Below are positions 28,436 through 38,176 of a DNA stretch of 64,000 nt, in pieces (within the stretch, counting starts at the first letter, position 1; each line of letters starts with the position of its first letter). The notes under the pieces are model-generated. The model saw only the letters and a list, made by a program, of their open reading frames with translations. It was not told the DNA's origin and ran no database searches. The stretch is from Polyangiaceae bacterium (GTDB lineage: Bacteria > Myxococcota_A > Polyangia > Polyangiales > Polyangiaceae). The position numbers and the translations under genes are program-made. The stretch spans positions 1,152,001 to 1,216,000 of the forward strand of contig CBDCTZ010000014.1 of assembly GCA_965222375.1 (NCBI GenBank), written 5' to 3'.

Positions 28436-30769
28436 GTGGAAGTTTCAGCCCAAGCATCACCTTGTCCGGAGCGGCTTTGGTCCGATGCCGACTGTCCCTT
28501 TCGAGTGCGGCTGCGGCTTTACTCGGAACGCCTGATCGTCGAACAAGCCGATGGCAAATTCAGGGAGCAGGAGGTGGCGGTGCTGTCTCTGCGCTTCGAT
28601 TATGACGGACGGCTCGTCCGACCACGCCGGAGTGATGATTGGCTCGAAGCGGATAGCGACGACGATGTCGAGCGTGACGATGCCGCGGAGTGTCGCGCTC
28701 AGGCTCTGGTCGAGCGCCATGGCGCCGTCGAGTTGGAGTGCGTGGATGGGTTGATCACGTCTTACGACTCCGAGGCCGACTACGTCATCAACGTGGACGA
28801 AAACGTTCACGCCATTTGCTCGTTCTCCGGCCCCGCGGTGGAAGAGTTGCGCGCCCTGGGCTGGGACGTGCAGACCGACGCTGACTTCAAGTTCCAGGTC
28901 GTACCCGGAGGCGATCGTTGGGTTGCCGAAGTTTCCGACGCCGACGACACGGGTAACTGGTTTCAATTGGAGCTCGGCGTCGAAATCGATGGAACCCGCG
29001 TGGACTTGGTGCCGGCCTTGTTGCGGCTGTTGGAGGAGGCGCCCCAGGGCGGGCGGCTTTCCGCGCTATCCCGCCACGTTGCGCGCTGCCGTGCGCTGCC
29101 CGTGGGGGACGGGCGCTACGTCGCAATCCCCTGGGAACGCTTGGAACCCATCCTGGACGTGCTCAGCGAACTCTATGACGGCGAGTCCAAGCCCAAGTTC
29201 GACTTGCTCGACTGCCTGGTGGCCGCTCTTGCGCGCTTGGAAGATGCGGTGCTCGAGGGCGGTAGCGAAATTGAGTGGCGCGGCCGTGTGGACAAAGTGG
29301 AGCGGGGGAGAAAGCTGAGTGCCGGGCCGCACTTCGCGCCCAAGCCGGCGGCGTTGCGCGCTGAGCTACGCCCCTACCAACACGATGGTCTGACCTGGCT
29401 ATGCCATCTACGAGACCATGGCGTTGGCGGAGTGCTGGCCGACGACATGGGCTTGGGGAAAACCCTTCAGACCATTGCGCTACTGTCCATCGAGAAGGAG
29501 GCGCGTCGCATGGACGTGCCGACCCTGATCGTGGTGCCGACGAGCCTTGTGCATGGCTGGAAGCAACAGATCCGCCAGTTCGCTCCGCACCTGCGCGTGA
29601 TGGTGCTGCATGGCAAGAAGCGTCACAGCGCCTGGGAGCGCACCGACAAGGCGGACGTCGTGCTGACGACCTATTCGGTGCTGTGGCGTGATCTGAAGCG
29701 CTTCCAGGAGGCCGAGTGGCACTACGTGGTTCTCGACGAAGCGCAGGCGATCAAGAACGCGCGCAGCCAGGCGAGCAGAGCCGCCCGCTCACTTCGTGCT
29801 CGGCACCGGTTGGCGCTGACGGGCACCCCCGTTGAGAACAACTTGGACGAGCTGTGGAGCCTGTTCGACTTCGTCCTGCCTGGGCTGCTTGGCTCGGCGC
29901 AGCGTTTCCGAACCGGGTTTCGCTACCCTATCGAGCGCGAAGGTAACGAAAGCCGTCTGCTTGCCCTGCGTAACCGGGTGTCGCCCTTCGTCATGCGCCG
30001 TCTCAAGGAGAACGTTGCACGAGACCTGCCGCCCAAGACCGAGCTGGTGCGGCATGTCGATCTGCATGGTGAGCAACGAGACCTATACGAGAGCATTCGC
30101 GTCGCGGCGCACAGTGATGTTCGCAGTGCGATCCGTAAGCAGGGCTTCGAAGCCTCCAGCGTCATGATTCTGGATGCGCTGACCAAGCTTCGGCAGGTGT
30201 GCTGCGATCCTCGCCTAGTTCCCGTCGACGCCGCCCGGGGTGTAACTGCGTCGGCGAAGTCCGACGCCTTTTTCGCCATGGTCCAGAGCGAGTTGGGGCG
30301 CGGCAGGCGGATCCTGGTGTTTTCTCAGTTCGCGCGGATGCTCGGCCTGCTCTCCGCAGGTCTCGAAGAGCGCGAGATCCGGCATGTGACCCTCACAGGA
30401 GCCTCGACGGAGCGCCATCGGCTGGTTGACGCCTTCCAGGGCGGAGAGGCCGATGTCTTCTTGATCAGCCTGAAGGCTGGGGGAACCGGCTTGAACCTGA
30501 CTCGCGCCGACACGGTGATTCACTACGACCCCTGGTGGAACGCAGCAGCTCAGATGCAGGCGACGGATCGCGCGCATCGCATCGGCCAGAAGAACCCTGT
30601 GTTCGTTCACAACCTGGTCGCCCTGGGCAGCGTCGAGGAGCGCATGCTGGCACTACAGCAGAAGAAGCGCGCCCTGGCTGATACGCTGCTCGGCGACGAA
30701 GTGGGCAAGCTGCGCCTACTGCCCGATGACATCGACGATCTCTTCGCGCCCTTGGATGACGTGGACTGA
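28436..30769 (+). CDS. SNF2/SWI2-family helicase-like ATPase
   Basis: LRPYQ, LADDMGLGKT, LDEAQ, LTGTPVEN, LVFSQF, SLKAGGTGLNL, QATDRAHRIGQ. Confidence 0.95.
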   Translation: MEVSAQASPCPERLWSDADCPFRVRLRLYSERLIVEQADGKFREQEVAVLSLRFDYDGRLVRPRRSDDWLEADSDDDVERDDAAECRAQALVERHGAVELECVDGLITSYDSEADYVINVDENVHAICSFSGPAVEELRALGWDVQTDADFKFQVVPGGDRWVAEVSDADDTGNWFQLELGVEIDGTRVDLVPALLRLLEEAPQGGRLSALSRHVARCRALPVGDGRYVAIPWERLEPILDVLSELYDGESKPKFDLLDCLVAALARLEDAVLEGGSEIEWRGRVDKVERGRKLSAGPHFAPKPAALRAELRPYQHDGLTWLCHLRDHGVGGVLADDMGLGKTLQTIALLSIEKEARRMDVPTLIVVPTSLVHGWKQQIRQFAPHLRVMVLHGKKRHSAWERTDKADVVLTTYSVLWRDLKRFQEAEWHYVVLDEAQAIKNARSQASRAARSLRARHRLALTGTPVENNLDELWSLFDFVLPGLLGSAQRFRTGFRYPIEREGNESRLLALRNRVSPFVMRRLKENVARDLPPKTELVRHVDLHGEQRDLYESIRVAAHSDVRSAIRKQGFEASSVMILDALTKLRQVCCDPRLVPVDAARGVTASAKSDAFFAMVQSELGRGRRILVFSQFARMLGLLSAGLEEREIRHVTLTGASTERHRLVDAFQGGEADVFLISLKAGGTGLNLTRADTVIHYDPWWNAAAQMQATDRAHRIGQKNPVFVHNLVALGSVEERMLALQQKKRALADTLLGDEVGKLRLLPDDIDDLFAPLDDVD

Positions 30770-30783
30770 AAGTCCGGCCCGTC

Positions 30784-31653
30784 TCACTTCCGCATGATGA
30801 GCGGAGCGCCCCCCAGCTTGGGCGCGCTCTTAGGCGGTGCCTTTGGCGACCCGCCTGCGACATCACCCAAGACGTGGTCCTTGCAACGCTCGATGCTCGA
30901 TCGAAACCCCTTGGCCATGACTTCACGTCGCTGGGTCTCGCTGAGCTTGCTCAAGGCGTCTCCAGGATAGTTTTCCTGCCACACCCGCCAGGCGCCAGCG
31001 CAGTCTTTCGCGCGAGCCAGGCACGCCGCCCCATTGTGGAACAGCGCTCGCGGTCCGCCCTTGACCTGGCCGTCGTCGGGGCCATTGGGCTTGACCTTGG
31101 CGCTGAGCTGTCGCACCAGGGCGATGTTCTTGTCGCAGTCCTTGCGGGAGTTCATGAACGCGCCGTCACTGATCTCCCAGAGGGCTCGCAAGAGCTTGTC
31201 CCGCTCGGTCATGTCAGTGCCGCGGCAGCGCATGCTGCCAATGCTTTCCGCGGTCCGATGGGCGCGGTCCGGCGCCATGTTCATTTGCCGGACGTAGTAG
31301 CCCGCCAGTAGCTTCTTGCCTGCCTGGCAGTCGCCAGCGAGCATTTGGCACTGAGCGCGCAAAGCGCTCATGGTCTTGGCCAACTTGGGGGCGTGGGCCT
31401 TGAGCTTGTCCAGATCTTCCAGGCAGCCCTTGCCATCGTCGTGGAGCATCTTGCGGTTTGCGGACGCGCCGAGTTCGGCGATTTCGCCGGCAAGGGTGGC
31501 GTTGCCTGAGCTGGGGGTCGCCAGAGGGTTTGCGGCGCTCGGTGCTGACGCACTCGGGGCTGCATTGTCCGTGCTGGGTTTAGCCTGCTGGCAAGCGGCC
31601 GCGCTGGCGATCAGCAGCAGTGTCAGAGGCGCTCGTTGCATGGGCCGCAGCAT
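30784..31653 (-). CDS. Lipoprotein with Cys-rich helical domain (paralogue 3 of 3)
   Basis: Lipobox SAAAC; DGKGCL...RAQC.M..G.C..G...KVKPNGPDD...C.ARA.DC..AW; TGATG overlap. Confidence 0.8.
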   Translation of the reverse strand: MLRPMQRAPLTLLLIASAAACQQAKPSTDNAAPSASAPSAANPLATPSSGNATLAGEIAELGASANRKMLHDDGKGCLEDLDKLKAHAPKLAKTMSALRAQCQMLAGDCQAGKKLLAGYYVRQMNMAPDRAHRTAESIGSMRCRGTDMTERDKLLRALWEISDGAFMNSRKDCDKNIALVRQLSAKVKPNGPDDGQVKGGPRALFHNGAACLARAKDCAGAWRVWQENYPGDALSKLSETQRREVMAKGFRSSIERCKDHVLGDVAGGSPKAPPKSAPKLGGAPLIMRK

Positions 31654-32513
31654 CAAGGAAGCGGCGCGCCCTTGCAACGCTTCACCATGGCGCTGAAGGC
31701 CTGCTTCATGATCTTCTGGCGCATATCGGGCTTGAGCTTGGACAATTTGGCCTTCGGGTACTCGGCCTTGAACACCTTCCACGCAGCGGTGCAATTGCCA
31801 GCGCGCGCGTAGCAGCTTGCGCCCATGTGGAAGAGAGATTTTCGCCAGTTCTCTGCCGTTTGGTCGTCTGGATTGCGCGGTTTGACCTGCTTCGAGAGCT
31901 TTCTCACCTTCGCGATGTTCTGCTCGCAGTCCAGTCGGCTCTCCACGTAGGCGCCGCGGCTCAGAAGCTGTGCGGCGCGGGAGAGTTGCTCCCGCTTTGT
32001 CATCTTGCTTTCGGGGCAGTACTGCGTGGTCATCATCTCCACGGCTTTGTCCGCCTGATCCGCCGAAAGGTTCGTCTGTTGGGCGAAGTACTGGGTGACT
32101 CCGGCGCGGCCCTTTCTGCAGCGCCCGGAAACCATGTCGCATTGGGCGCGCTGCACCACGAGGGTCGACTCATAGCGAGCGTCGAGAGTCCGTATCTTGG
32201 CGAGGTCGGCCTGACAACCCTTGGCGTTGCGTTGCGCAATGTTGCCCGTCAGAGATTGCGTGAGCTGCGCCAATTCACCTGGCGTGACGGTGCCGGAATT
32301 CGGCGTGGGGCCCGGCGGCGGCGGCAGCGTGGGTTGAGCGGTCGGCGCGACGTCGGTTGGTTGCCCCGGGCCTGTCGCTGCGTGCGGCGTATAGGCTGGA
32401 GGTGGCGGCTGGGTTGGGCAGTTGGGGGGCGGGGGGCATTTGCAGGCGCAGCCGGCGGCCCAGATCAGGGTCCCGGCCGCGATGGTGGCGTTGAAGAGTC
32501 CGTGACGGGTCAC
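31653..32513 (-). CDS. Lipoprotein with Pro-rich linker and Cys-rich helical domain (paralogue 2 of 3)
   Basis: GTG start overlapping upstream stop (GTGA); lipobox WAAGC; NAKGC...RAQCDMVSGRC...QVKPRNPDD. Confidence 0.8.
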   Translation of the reverse strand: MTRHGLFNATIAAGTLIWAAGCACKCPPPPNCPTQPPPPAYTPHAATGPGQPTDVAPTAQPTLPPPPGPTPNSGTVTPGELAQLTQSLTGNIAQRNAKGCQADLAKIRTLDARYESTLVVQRAQCDMVSGRCRKGRAGVTQYFAQQTNLSADQADKAVEMMTTQYCPESKMTKREQLSRAAQLLSRGAYVESRLDCEQNIAKVRKLSKQVKPRNPDDQTAENWRKSLFHMGASCYARAGNCTAAWKVFKAEYPKAKLSKLKPDMRQKIMKQAFSAMVKRCKGAPLP

Positions 32514-34015
32514 TTCTTCTTCATACACCTTCGGTTGGTGGCCTCGAAGGCGTTTCGCATGAGCTTCTCCCTCATCTCTGGCTTCGATTTCTCCATCAAC
32601 TTGCGCAGTCTCGGTGGGTAGCCGTCCTTGTACAGTTGGAAGGCGGTCTTGCAGTCGCCTGCCTTTGCTGCGCACATCGACGCCATGACGTAGAGGTTGC
32701 CAGGGATGTTGGCAACAACCGTGTCATCCGGACCCTTCGGCTTGACCTTGCCCATCAGCCGCTTGATCGTGGCGTAGTTCTTCTTGCATTCGGCAACGGT
32801 CGACTTGCCCAGCATCAGGCGTTGGTTCGCCTGCATCATGGCGTCACGATCGCTCATCTTGCCTTGGCAATGGCTGGAAGCGAGCGCTCCCACGTGCGCG
32901 TCGATTTGCTCCGGGGTGGATTGGGTTCCCTGCATCGTTTGGAGACCCTTGCGCGCCATGCTCTTGCCGGCGTCGCATTTGCCGGACTTCATGACGCACA
33001 TGGCGCGGAGGTAGTGGGGGTAGCCGGAGCCTGCCGCCGTGGACTTGTCCTTCGGATTGAGCCGGTCGTGGGCATTGAGCTCTTTGAGGCAGCCCTTGCC
33101 GTCGCCGGAGGCGAACTTCTTCCGCGCACTCGAAAAGTGCTCTCCCGCTTTGCCCTTGGCCTCGAACTTGGAGTCCACCTTTGCTGCCAAGTTGGCCGCC
33201 GCGTCCGTCTCCGGAGCCTTGCGGGCGGCAACATCGGGGTTTTCGCCCTTTTCGATCTTGCGGAGGGTGAGGCGGATGGGCGCCGTGCAGCCTTCGATCT
33301 CCGTGGCCGAATCCTTCTTGCACACGCCCAAATCGCCGCCCTTCTTGTCGGCACTCTGGGACTGCTTGTTCTTCGCTCCAGCTCCGAATCCGTACAGACT
33401 CGCATCGGCTTCGGCCGAGGTATTCGACTTGCTACCTAGGGCAAAGGCTCCGAGGTTGTAACCATAGACGAAGTGGGTTGCGCCACGGCAACCAGGGTTC
33501 TCCTTGATGTCGCCAGCGTAGACCGCTGGGCGGGTCGCGCTTCGGGTGCCGGCTACGTAGTACTCCATGCGAAACTGCTCGCCGCCGGAAACGCGCCCAC
33601 CGAGGGAGGCGACGCCGAGGGGCAGATTGGCGTAGAGCTCGGCCTCGCTCTTGATCTCCATCTTCTCGAGGGAACCGCTGGTCCACTCCACGGGCCGATA
33701 GGTGCCATAGCTTCCCCGTACCGAGTCGTCCTTGCAGCCGTCGAGCACCGTGAGCTTGCAGCCCTCGTACTTCACGACCACGACATCCGTGGCCGTGATG
33801 GACTCGAACTGGCTCATGTCCGTCGCGTCCCACTCGATGATGAAGGGTCGCTCGTGGTTCTCGGGGTTGCAGGCGTTCTTGCCCGCGAAGGTCTCGCCCA
33901 TGAGCTTGCTCTGCCCCGACTCGCGGGTGCCACCCATTCCAGGGGCCATGCGTGGCCCGCAGGCGGCGATGAAGACGGTGAGTAGTCCTAGGGATGTGAT
34001 GGTCTTTTGAATCAT
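32510..34015 (-). CDS. Lipoprotein with possible MACPF-like N-domain and Cys-rich helical C-domain (paralogue 1 of 3)
   Basis: Lipobox FIAAC; GATHFVYGYNLGA; DGKGCL...RAMCVMKSGKC...KVKPKGPDD. CDS is secure, MACPF label is tentative. Confidence 0.75.
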   Translation of the reverse strand: MIQKTITSLGLLTVFIAACGPRMAPGMGGTRESGQSKLMGETFAGKNACNPENHERPFIIEWDATDMSQFESITATDVVVVKYEGCKLTVLDGCKDDSVRGSYGTYRPVEWTSGSLEKMEIKSEAELYANLPLGVASLGGRVSGGEQFRMEYYVAGTRSATRPAVYAGDIKENPGCRGATHFVYGYNLGAFALGSKSNTSAEADASLYGFGAGAKNKQSQSADKKGGDLGVCKKDSATEIEGCTAPIRLTLRKIEKGENPDVAARKAPETDAAANLAAKVDSKFEAKGKAGEHFSSARKKFASGDGKGCLKELNAHDRLNPKDKSTAAGSGYPHYLRAMCVMKSGKCDAGKSMARKGLQTMQGTQSTPEQIDAHVGALASSHCQGKMSDRDAMMQANQRLMLGKSTVAECKKNYATIKRLMGKVKPKGPDDTVVANIPGNLYVMASMCAAKAGDCKTAFQLYKDGYPPRLRKLMEKSKPEMREKLMRNAFEATNRRCMKKK

Positions 34016-34217
34016 GGAGTTCCTCGAAATTCGGCGTTGCTACGTCGCCTCTAGGGGAGGCTTCCCCGCCAACTACCTACCAGCAGCGCAGCGCAGCGTT
34101 TCACTGCCGGTCCGGTCGGGCAAGCAACCGATGCCATGGTCGTAAGTGTTGGGAAAGAAGGGCGTTTCGTGTGCTGCTCGCGCCCCGGAAGGCGCGTCCT
34201 GCTAGCCTGCGGGCGTC

Positions 34218-34757
34218 ATGGTTTCTATCAGTCGTCGCGCACTGCTCTCGGCAGCTATGGTCCTTTGGCTCGGCATGGGCGGCTGCATGTCACCGAAAAC
34301 GGCTTGGAACGAGAAGCTCGACCACGGTGATTTCGCCTTCGTGATGGGTGAGGGCAGCGGATGGCATGGCTTCGACGTGCTTCGCATCGCGGCCACGGGA
34401 GAGGCCCGCTACACGTTCGCCAAACTAGAGGGTAGCAGCACGGTGTGGCGCGCCGCCGAGTTCCGTGTCGACAAGGCGAAGATGGCCAAGCTGCGTGAGA
34501 CTCTAAACGAGCAAAAGTACTTCTCATTGCAGAGCGAGTATCGTGATCCTGGAGTGCAAGACGGGACGCAGTGGTTCGTGAAGGTTCGTATCGGTGACCG
34601 GAAGAAGGGTGTCTACTGCGACAACCAGTTCCCGCCGGAAATCGTTCGCATTAGCGAGTTCGTCCATCGCGAGATCATCGATCCGCGTCAGCGCGAGTTT
34701 GCCAGCGCGCCAGAGATCGATCGGGAAGACGCCAAAGAACCCACACACTTCGAGTGA
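34218..34757 (+). CDS. Hypothetical lipoprotein
   Basis: Lipobox GMGGC; only long ORF in the gap; VQDGTQW segment. Confidence 0.7.
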   Translation: MVSISRRALLSAAMVLWLGMGGCMSPKTAWNEKLDHGDFAFVMGEGSGWHGFDVLRIAATGEARYTFAKLEGSSTVWRAAEFRVDKAKMAKLRETLNEQKYFSLQSEYRDPGVQDGTQWFVKVRIGDRKKGVYCDNQFPPEIVRISEFVHREIIDPRQREFASAPEIDREDAKEPTHFE

Positions 34758-34762
34758 ACGAA

Positions 34763-35695
34763 CTAGAACTCGGTGCTTCGGGCGATCTTGATCGTGCCCT
34801 TGCCCTTCACGTCGAGCAGACCCTTCTTGGTTCTTACTTTGCCGCTGGGCTTGATCGGCCCCTCTAGAGCTAGGGAGCTGACCCAACCCGTGGCGACGTC
34901 GATGACCGCGGGCCCCTTGAGTTTGAAGCCGAACACGGTCTTGCCGCTCACGATCTCCGAGCTGACCTCGGCGGAAAATGTCGCCTGCTTGCGCCCAGCG
35001 TCCTTGGTGCCCACGTAACTCAGCACGACTTCGGTTTTGTCGATGTTCAGACCGGGCACTTCACCGAGCAGCGCCAGGGCCTGCCGCGTGTTCAAGGTCG
35101 TCTTGGTGCCACTTTCGGGCTTGTTCGCGACGACCGCGAGCAGAAGGCTTGGAGCCCCGACGTAGCCGAATTCGCTCAGCACGGCGTCCCGCTGCTCGGC
35201 GTTGACTTGGCCACCGTCCAAATCCGTGACCGCAGCGCCGCCAGCGCCAGCCTTGACCAAGTACTTGTTGCCCGCGGTGACCGGCTTCTTCTCGATGCCG
35301 AGTAGTGGTTGAGCGATGCGCTTGCCGTACACGACGGAAAGCAACGTGATGGCGTTGTCGCCGACTTCGCGCACCTGCATCGAGCGTTGCTCGTCTACGG
35401 TCCAGGTGCCGCTCTGCATCCCCGCCGGGCTCTCGCCACGGTGCAGAGTCATCTGAAAGTCCATCTTGATATTGCGACTCTCGGATGCGACCGTGCCTTT
35501 CTTGGGGGGCTTGACGTCCAGGCTTGCAGTGCTCGGCGCGGGCGCACTCTCTCCGGGTGCGTCCGCGCCTGGCGCTGCTTCAGCGGAGCCGCTGCTGCCG
35601 CTTGGATCTGCCTGCTCCGAGGACTGAGCCGGCGCCCCGCCACCAGCACCACAACCCAGGACAAACAGCGCAGACAGGACCAAACAGCGCATCAT
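34763..35695 (-). CDS. Hypothetical beta-rich lipoprotein
   Basis: Lipobox FVLGC; 12 bp downstream of SDR gene on the same strand. Confidence 0.75.
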   Translation of the reverse strand: MMRCLVLSALFVLGCGAGGGAPAQSSEQADPSGSSGSAEAAPGADAPGESAPAPSTASLDVKPPKKGTVASESRNIKMDFQMTLHRGESPAGMQSGTWTVDEQRSMQVREVGDNAITLLSVVYGKRIAQPLLGIEKKPVTAGNKYLVKAGAGGAAVTDLDGGQVNAEQRDAVLSEFGYVGAPSLLLAVVANKPESGTKTTLNTRQALALLGEVPGLNIDKTEVVLSYVGTKDAGRKQATFSAEVSSEIVSGKTVFGFKLKGPAVIDVATGWVSSLALEGPIKPSGKVRTKKGLLDVKGKGTIKIARSTEF

Positions 35696-35707
35696 CGTGC
35701 TCCCGGC

Positions 35708-36613
35708 TCAGCTCGTGGCTTGTTTGAAGGGCCCGGCCGCGGCTTCCATGGCGTTGCTGTAGGCCTTGGCCTTGCTCATGTCGTTGATGGCGCCCCATTG
35801 CTCGACAATGGCTTCGACGGAGATCTTGTCGACGGGAATTCCGATGCCTGCACCTTCCATGACGGCGATCCGGGAGAAGTAGCCGCCGCCTGCCGAGTAG
35901 ACTTGGCCGGTTTCTTCACACTGCTCGGATGCCAAATACGCGGCCAAGGGTGTCACGTACTCTGGCAGCAGATTCTTGAGGATATCCGGCGGCGTGATGG
36001 CCTCGGTCATCCGGCTCTTGGCGATGGGAGCGATGCAGTTGCAGCGGATGTTGTACTTGCCGCCTTCTTGAGCCAGGGCCTTGGTCAGCCCAACGATGCC
36101 CATCTTTGCGGCGCTGTAGTTGGTCTGGCCGAAGTTGCCATACAGGCCCGCAACGCTTGTCGTGTTGATCACGCGGCCGTAGGCACCCTCGCGCAGCAGC
36201 GGCCACGCTGCCTTGGAAACGAACATGGTTCCAAACAGGTGTACCTGCAGCACCTTGTTCCAATCTTCTTCCGTCAGCTTCATGAAGGACACGTCGCGCA
36301 GAATGCCCGCGTTGTTGATGACGATGTCCAACTTGCCGAAGGATTCTTTGGCAGTCGCCACAATCTTGGCGGCGCTCTCCCAACTATCCACGCTGTCGTA
36401 GTTGGCGACGGCTTCTCCGCCAGCGGTCTTGATCTCCTCAACGACCTTGTCGGCGGCCGAGGTGCCTGCGCCCGTACCGTCCATGGTTCCGCCGAGATCG
36501 TTCACGACGACCTTGGCGCCGCGCTTGGCCAGAAGCAGCGCGTGGCTGCGGCCCAAACCACCGCCGGCGCCGGTAACGATTGCAACTCGGTTGTCGTAGC
36601 GAACCTCGGACAT
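35708..36613 (-). CDS. SDR oxidoreductase, 3-hydroxyacyl-CoA dehydrogenase (MFE-2 A-domain)-like
   Basis: TGAGGGLG, VVVNDLGG, NNAGILRD, GNFGQTNYSAAK. Confidence 0.92.
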   Translation of the reverse strand: MSEVRYDNRVAIVTGAGGGLGRSHALLLAKRGAKVVVNDLGGTMDGTGAGTSAADKVVEEIKTAGGEAVANYDSVDSWESAAKIVATAKESFGKLDIVINNAGILRDVSFMKLTEEDWNKVLQVHLFGTMFVSKAAWPLLREGAYGRVINTTSVAGLYGNFGQTNYSAAKMGIVGLTKALAQEGGKYNIRCNCIAPIAKSRMTEAITPPDILKNLLPEYVTPLAAYLASEQCEETGQVYSAGGGYFSRIAVMEGAGIGIPVDKISVEAIVEQWGAINDMSKAKAYSNAMEAAAGPFKQATS

Positions 36614-36849
36614 GATCTGCCTCCTGAGCAAAAATATGTAAGTCGACCCGGGGCTCCGGGTCCGCGCGGACGGTGTGCTCGCGCGCGGTCGAGCCGGCGA
36701 AACCTAGACGTGACGCGCGCGTGGCTCAAGCGACAAAGCTGAGTGCTCCCTGGCCCAAAAGCCCGCGCCAAAACCGAGGTTTGTCCGCTGCCGCGCCGCG
36801 AAAGCCGGGCGCAATGGAAGTTCCGGTCGGGGCGTGACACCCTCCGCCG

Positions 36850-37893
36850 GTGACTCAGCCGCCGCCCTCCAAACGTTGGACCGCGCCGCGCATGGCGGCT
36901 GTCGACTTCGATCTGCTTTCGTCGGCACGTCGGGTCGTGGAAGGCGCGCTCTCGGTGGTGCCTGGCGAGCGGGTCGTCGTGCTTTGTGACTTGGAGCGCA
37001 AACAACTTGCGGAGGCGGTCAAGGAAGCGGCGATTTGGGTCAAGGCGACTGCTCAAGTGATCGACCTGGATGAACACGGGGCCAGGCCGCTCTCGGAATT
37101 GCCACCGGTGGCCCAGGAGGCGATGGCAAATGCCGAGGCCAGCGTGTTCATCGCTCGCAGTGGCAGCGATGAGGTCGCGCTGCGCAGGCATGTGGTCGAG
37201 CTAGCCAAGCGCAACGGAATGCGTCACGCGCACATGCTTGGTCTCACCGCACGCACCATGGTCGCTGGGCTCGCCGTGGACCCGCGACGAATCGCGGACA
37301 CCGCGCGGCAGTTGCGCGCGAGATTGCGCCCGGACTCGGAAGTGCAGCTCAGGAGCGATGCAGGATCGGACTTGACGGTGCGCCTGGACCCGCGCTTCAA
37401 GTGGGTGGAAAACAGCGGCATCATCCGCCCCGGGCGTTGGCTCAACCTGCCCGCCGGCGAGCTGCTGACGAGTCCCGCGTCCGTGGAGGGAACCTTCGTC
37501 GTGAACGCCTCGATCACTGGGATCCCGGGCCTCGACGGCCGGCTGCTGGACGCAACGCCCCTGAAGCTGAAGTTCGATGGCCGCCGAGTGAGTCGGGTCG
37601 AGTGCAAGGATACGTCTGCGGCCCAGTCCGTGGACGAGTACCTGCGCAGCGGCGCCAACTACGACCGAGTTGGGCTGATCAGTTTCGGGACCAACATTGG
37701 ATTGAGCGAGCCCAGTGGCACCCTGATCGTGGATCAAACGCTACCCGGCCTGCACTTGGCGCTGGGAATGACCCTGCCAGAACTCACCGGAGCGGATTGG
37801 GATTCCGCCGGGCAGCTGGTTCTCACCGCGTGTCGCGCTGATCTGGACATCGATGGTCGGGCTGTGATGCGGGCTGGTCGCTACCTAGCCTGA
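36850..37893 (+). CDS. M29/leucyl aminopeptidase-like protein, possibly degenerate
   Basis: PGERVVV, GSDLTV, NLPAGE, FGTNIGL, LHLALG; start may be ATG 36892. Confidence 0.75.
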   Translation: MTQPPPSKRWTAPRMAAVDFDLLSSARRVVEGALSVVPGERVVVLCDLERKQLAEAVKEAAIWVKATAQVIDLDEHGARPLSELPPVAQEAMANAEASVFIARSGSDEVALRRHVVELAKRNGMRHAHMLGLTARTMVAGLAVDPRRIADTARQLRARLRPDSEVQLRSDAGSDLTVRLDPRFKWVENSGIIRPGRWLNLPAGELLTSPASVEGTFVVNASITGIPGLDGRLLDATPLKLKFDGRRVSRVECKDTSAAQSVDEYLRSGANYDRVGLISFGTNIGLSEPSGTLIVDQTLPGLHLALGMTLPELTGADWDSAGQLVLTACRADLDIDGRAVMRAGRYLA

Positions 37894-37964
37894 TTGCCGC
37901 CGGGCTTGAGCTCAAGGTCTGCGGGAAAAGGCCAATCTCACGTCGTGCTGGTTATTCGCACGGC

Positions 37965-38171
37965 CCGCGCGCCGCGCCGGTTCTGGACGGGCTGCCGCGG
38001 CGGCAGCGACTCCGGCGCAGGTGGAACGGATTCCGGTGCGGGGGGGTGACGCGCCTGGGGATGCCCCAAGGGGCGATACCCGAAGGGGTGCATCCCTGGG
38101 GCGGCGCTGCCGCACTACTCCTGCGCGTCGGGCAGGCGGTGGCGCGGGCGGAGCCTAGGTTAGGGGCTCCC
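37965..38171. other. Hairpin-rich convergent intergenic region
   Basis: Stems GCGCCGG/CCGGCGC enclosing GCTGCCG/CGGCAGC; CGCCTGGGGATGC/GCATCCCTGGGGCG; GGAGCC/GGCTCC next to the bactofilin stop. Confidence 0.45.
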
Positions 38172-38176
38172 TTCAC

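Noticed and set aside
28436..30769. SNF2 ATPase as part of an anti-phage system
   Set aside because: No nuclease, DNA methylase or other defence genes adjacent; resembles the stand-alone bacterial SNF2 type
37900..38171. SRP RNA / 6S / tRNA candidate
   Set aside because: Lacks the SRP domain IV motif and tRNA arms; kept only as an unassigned structured region
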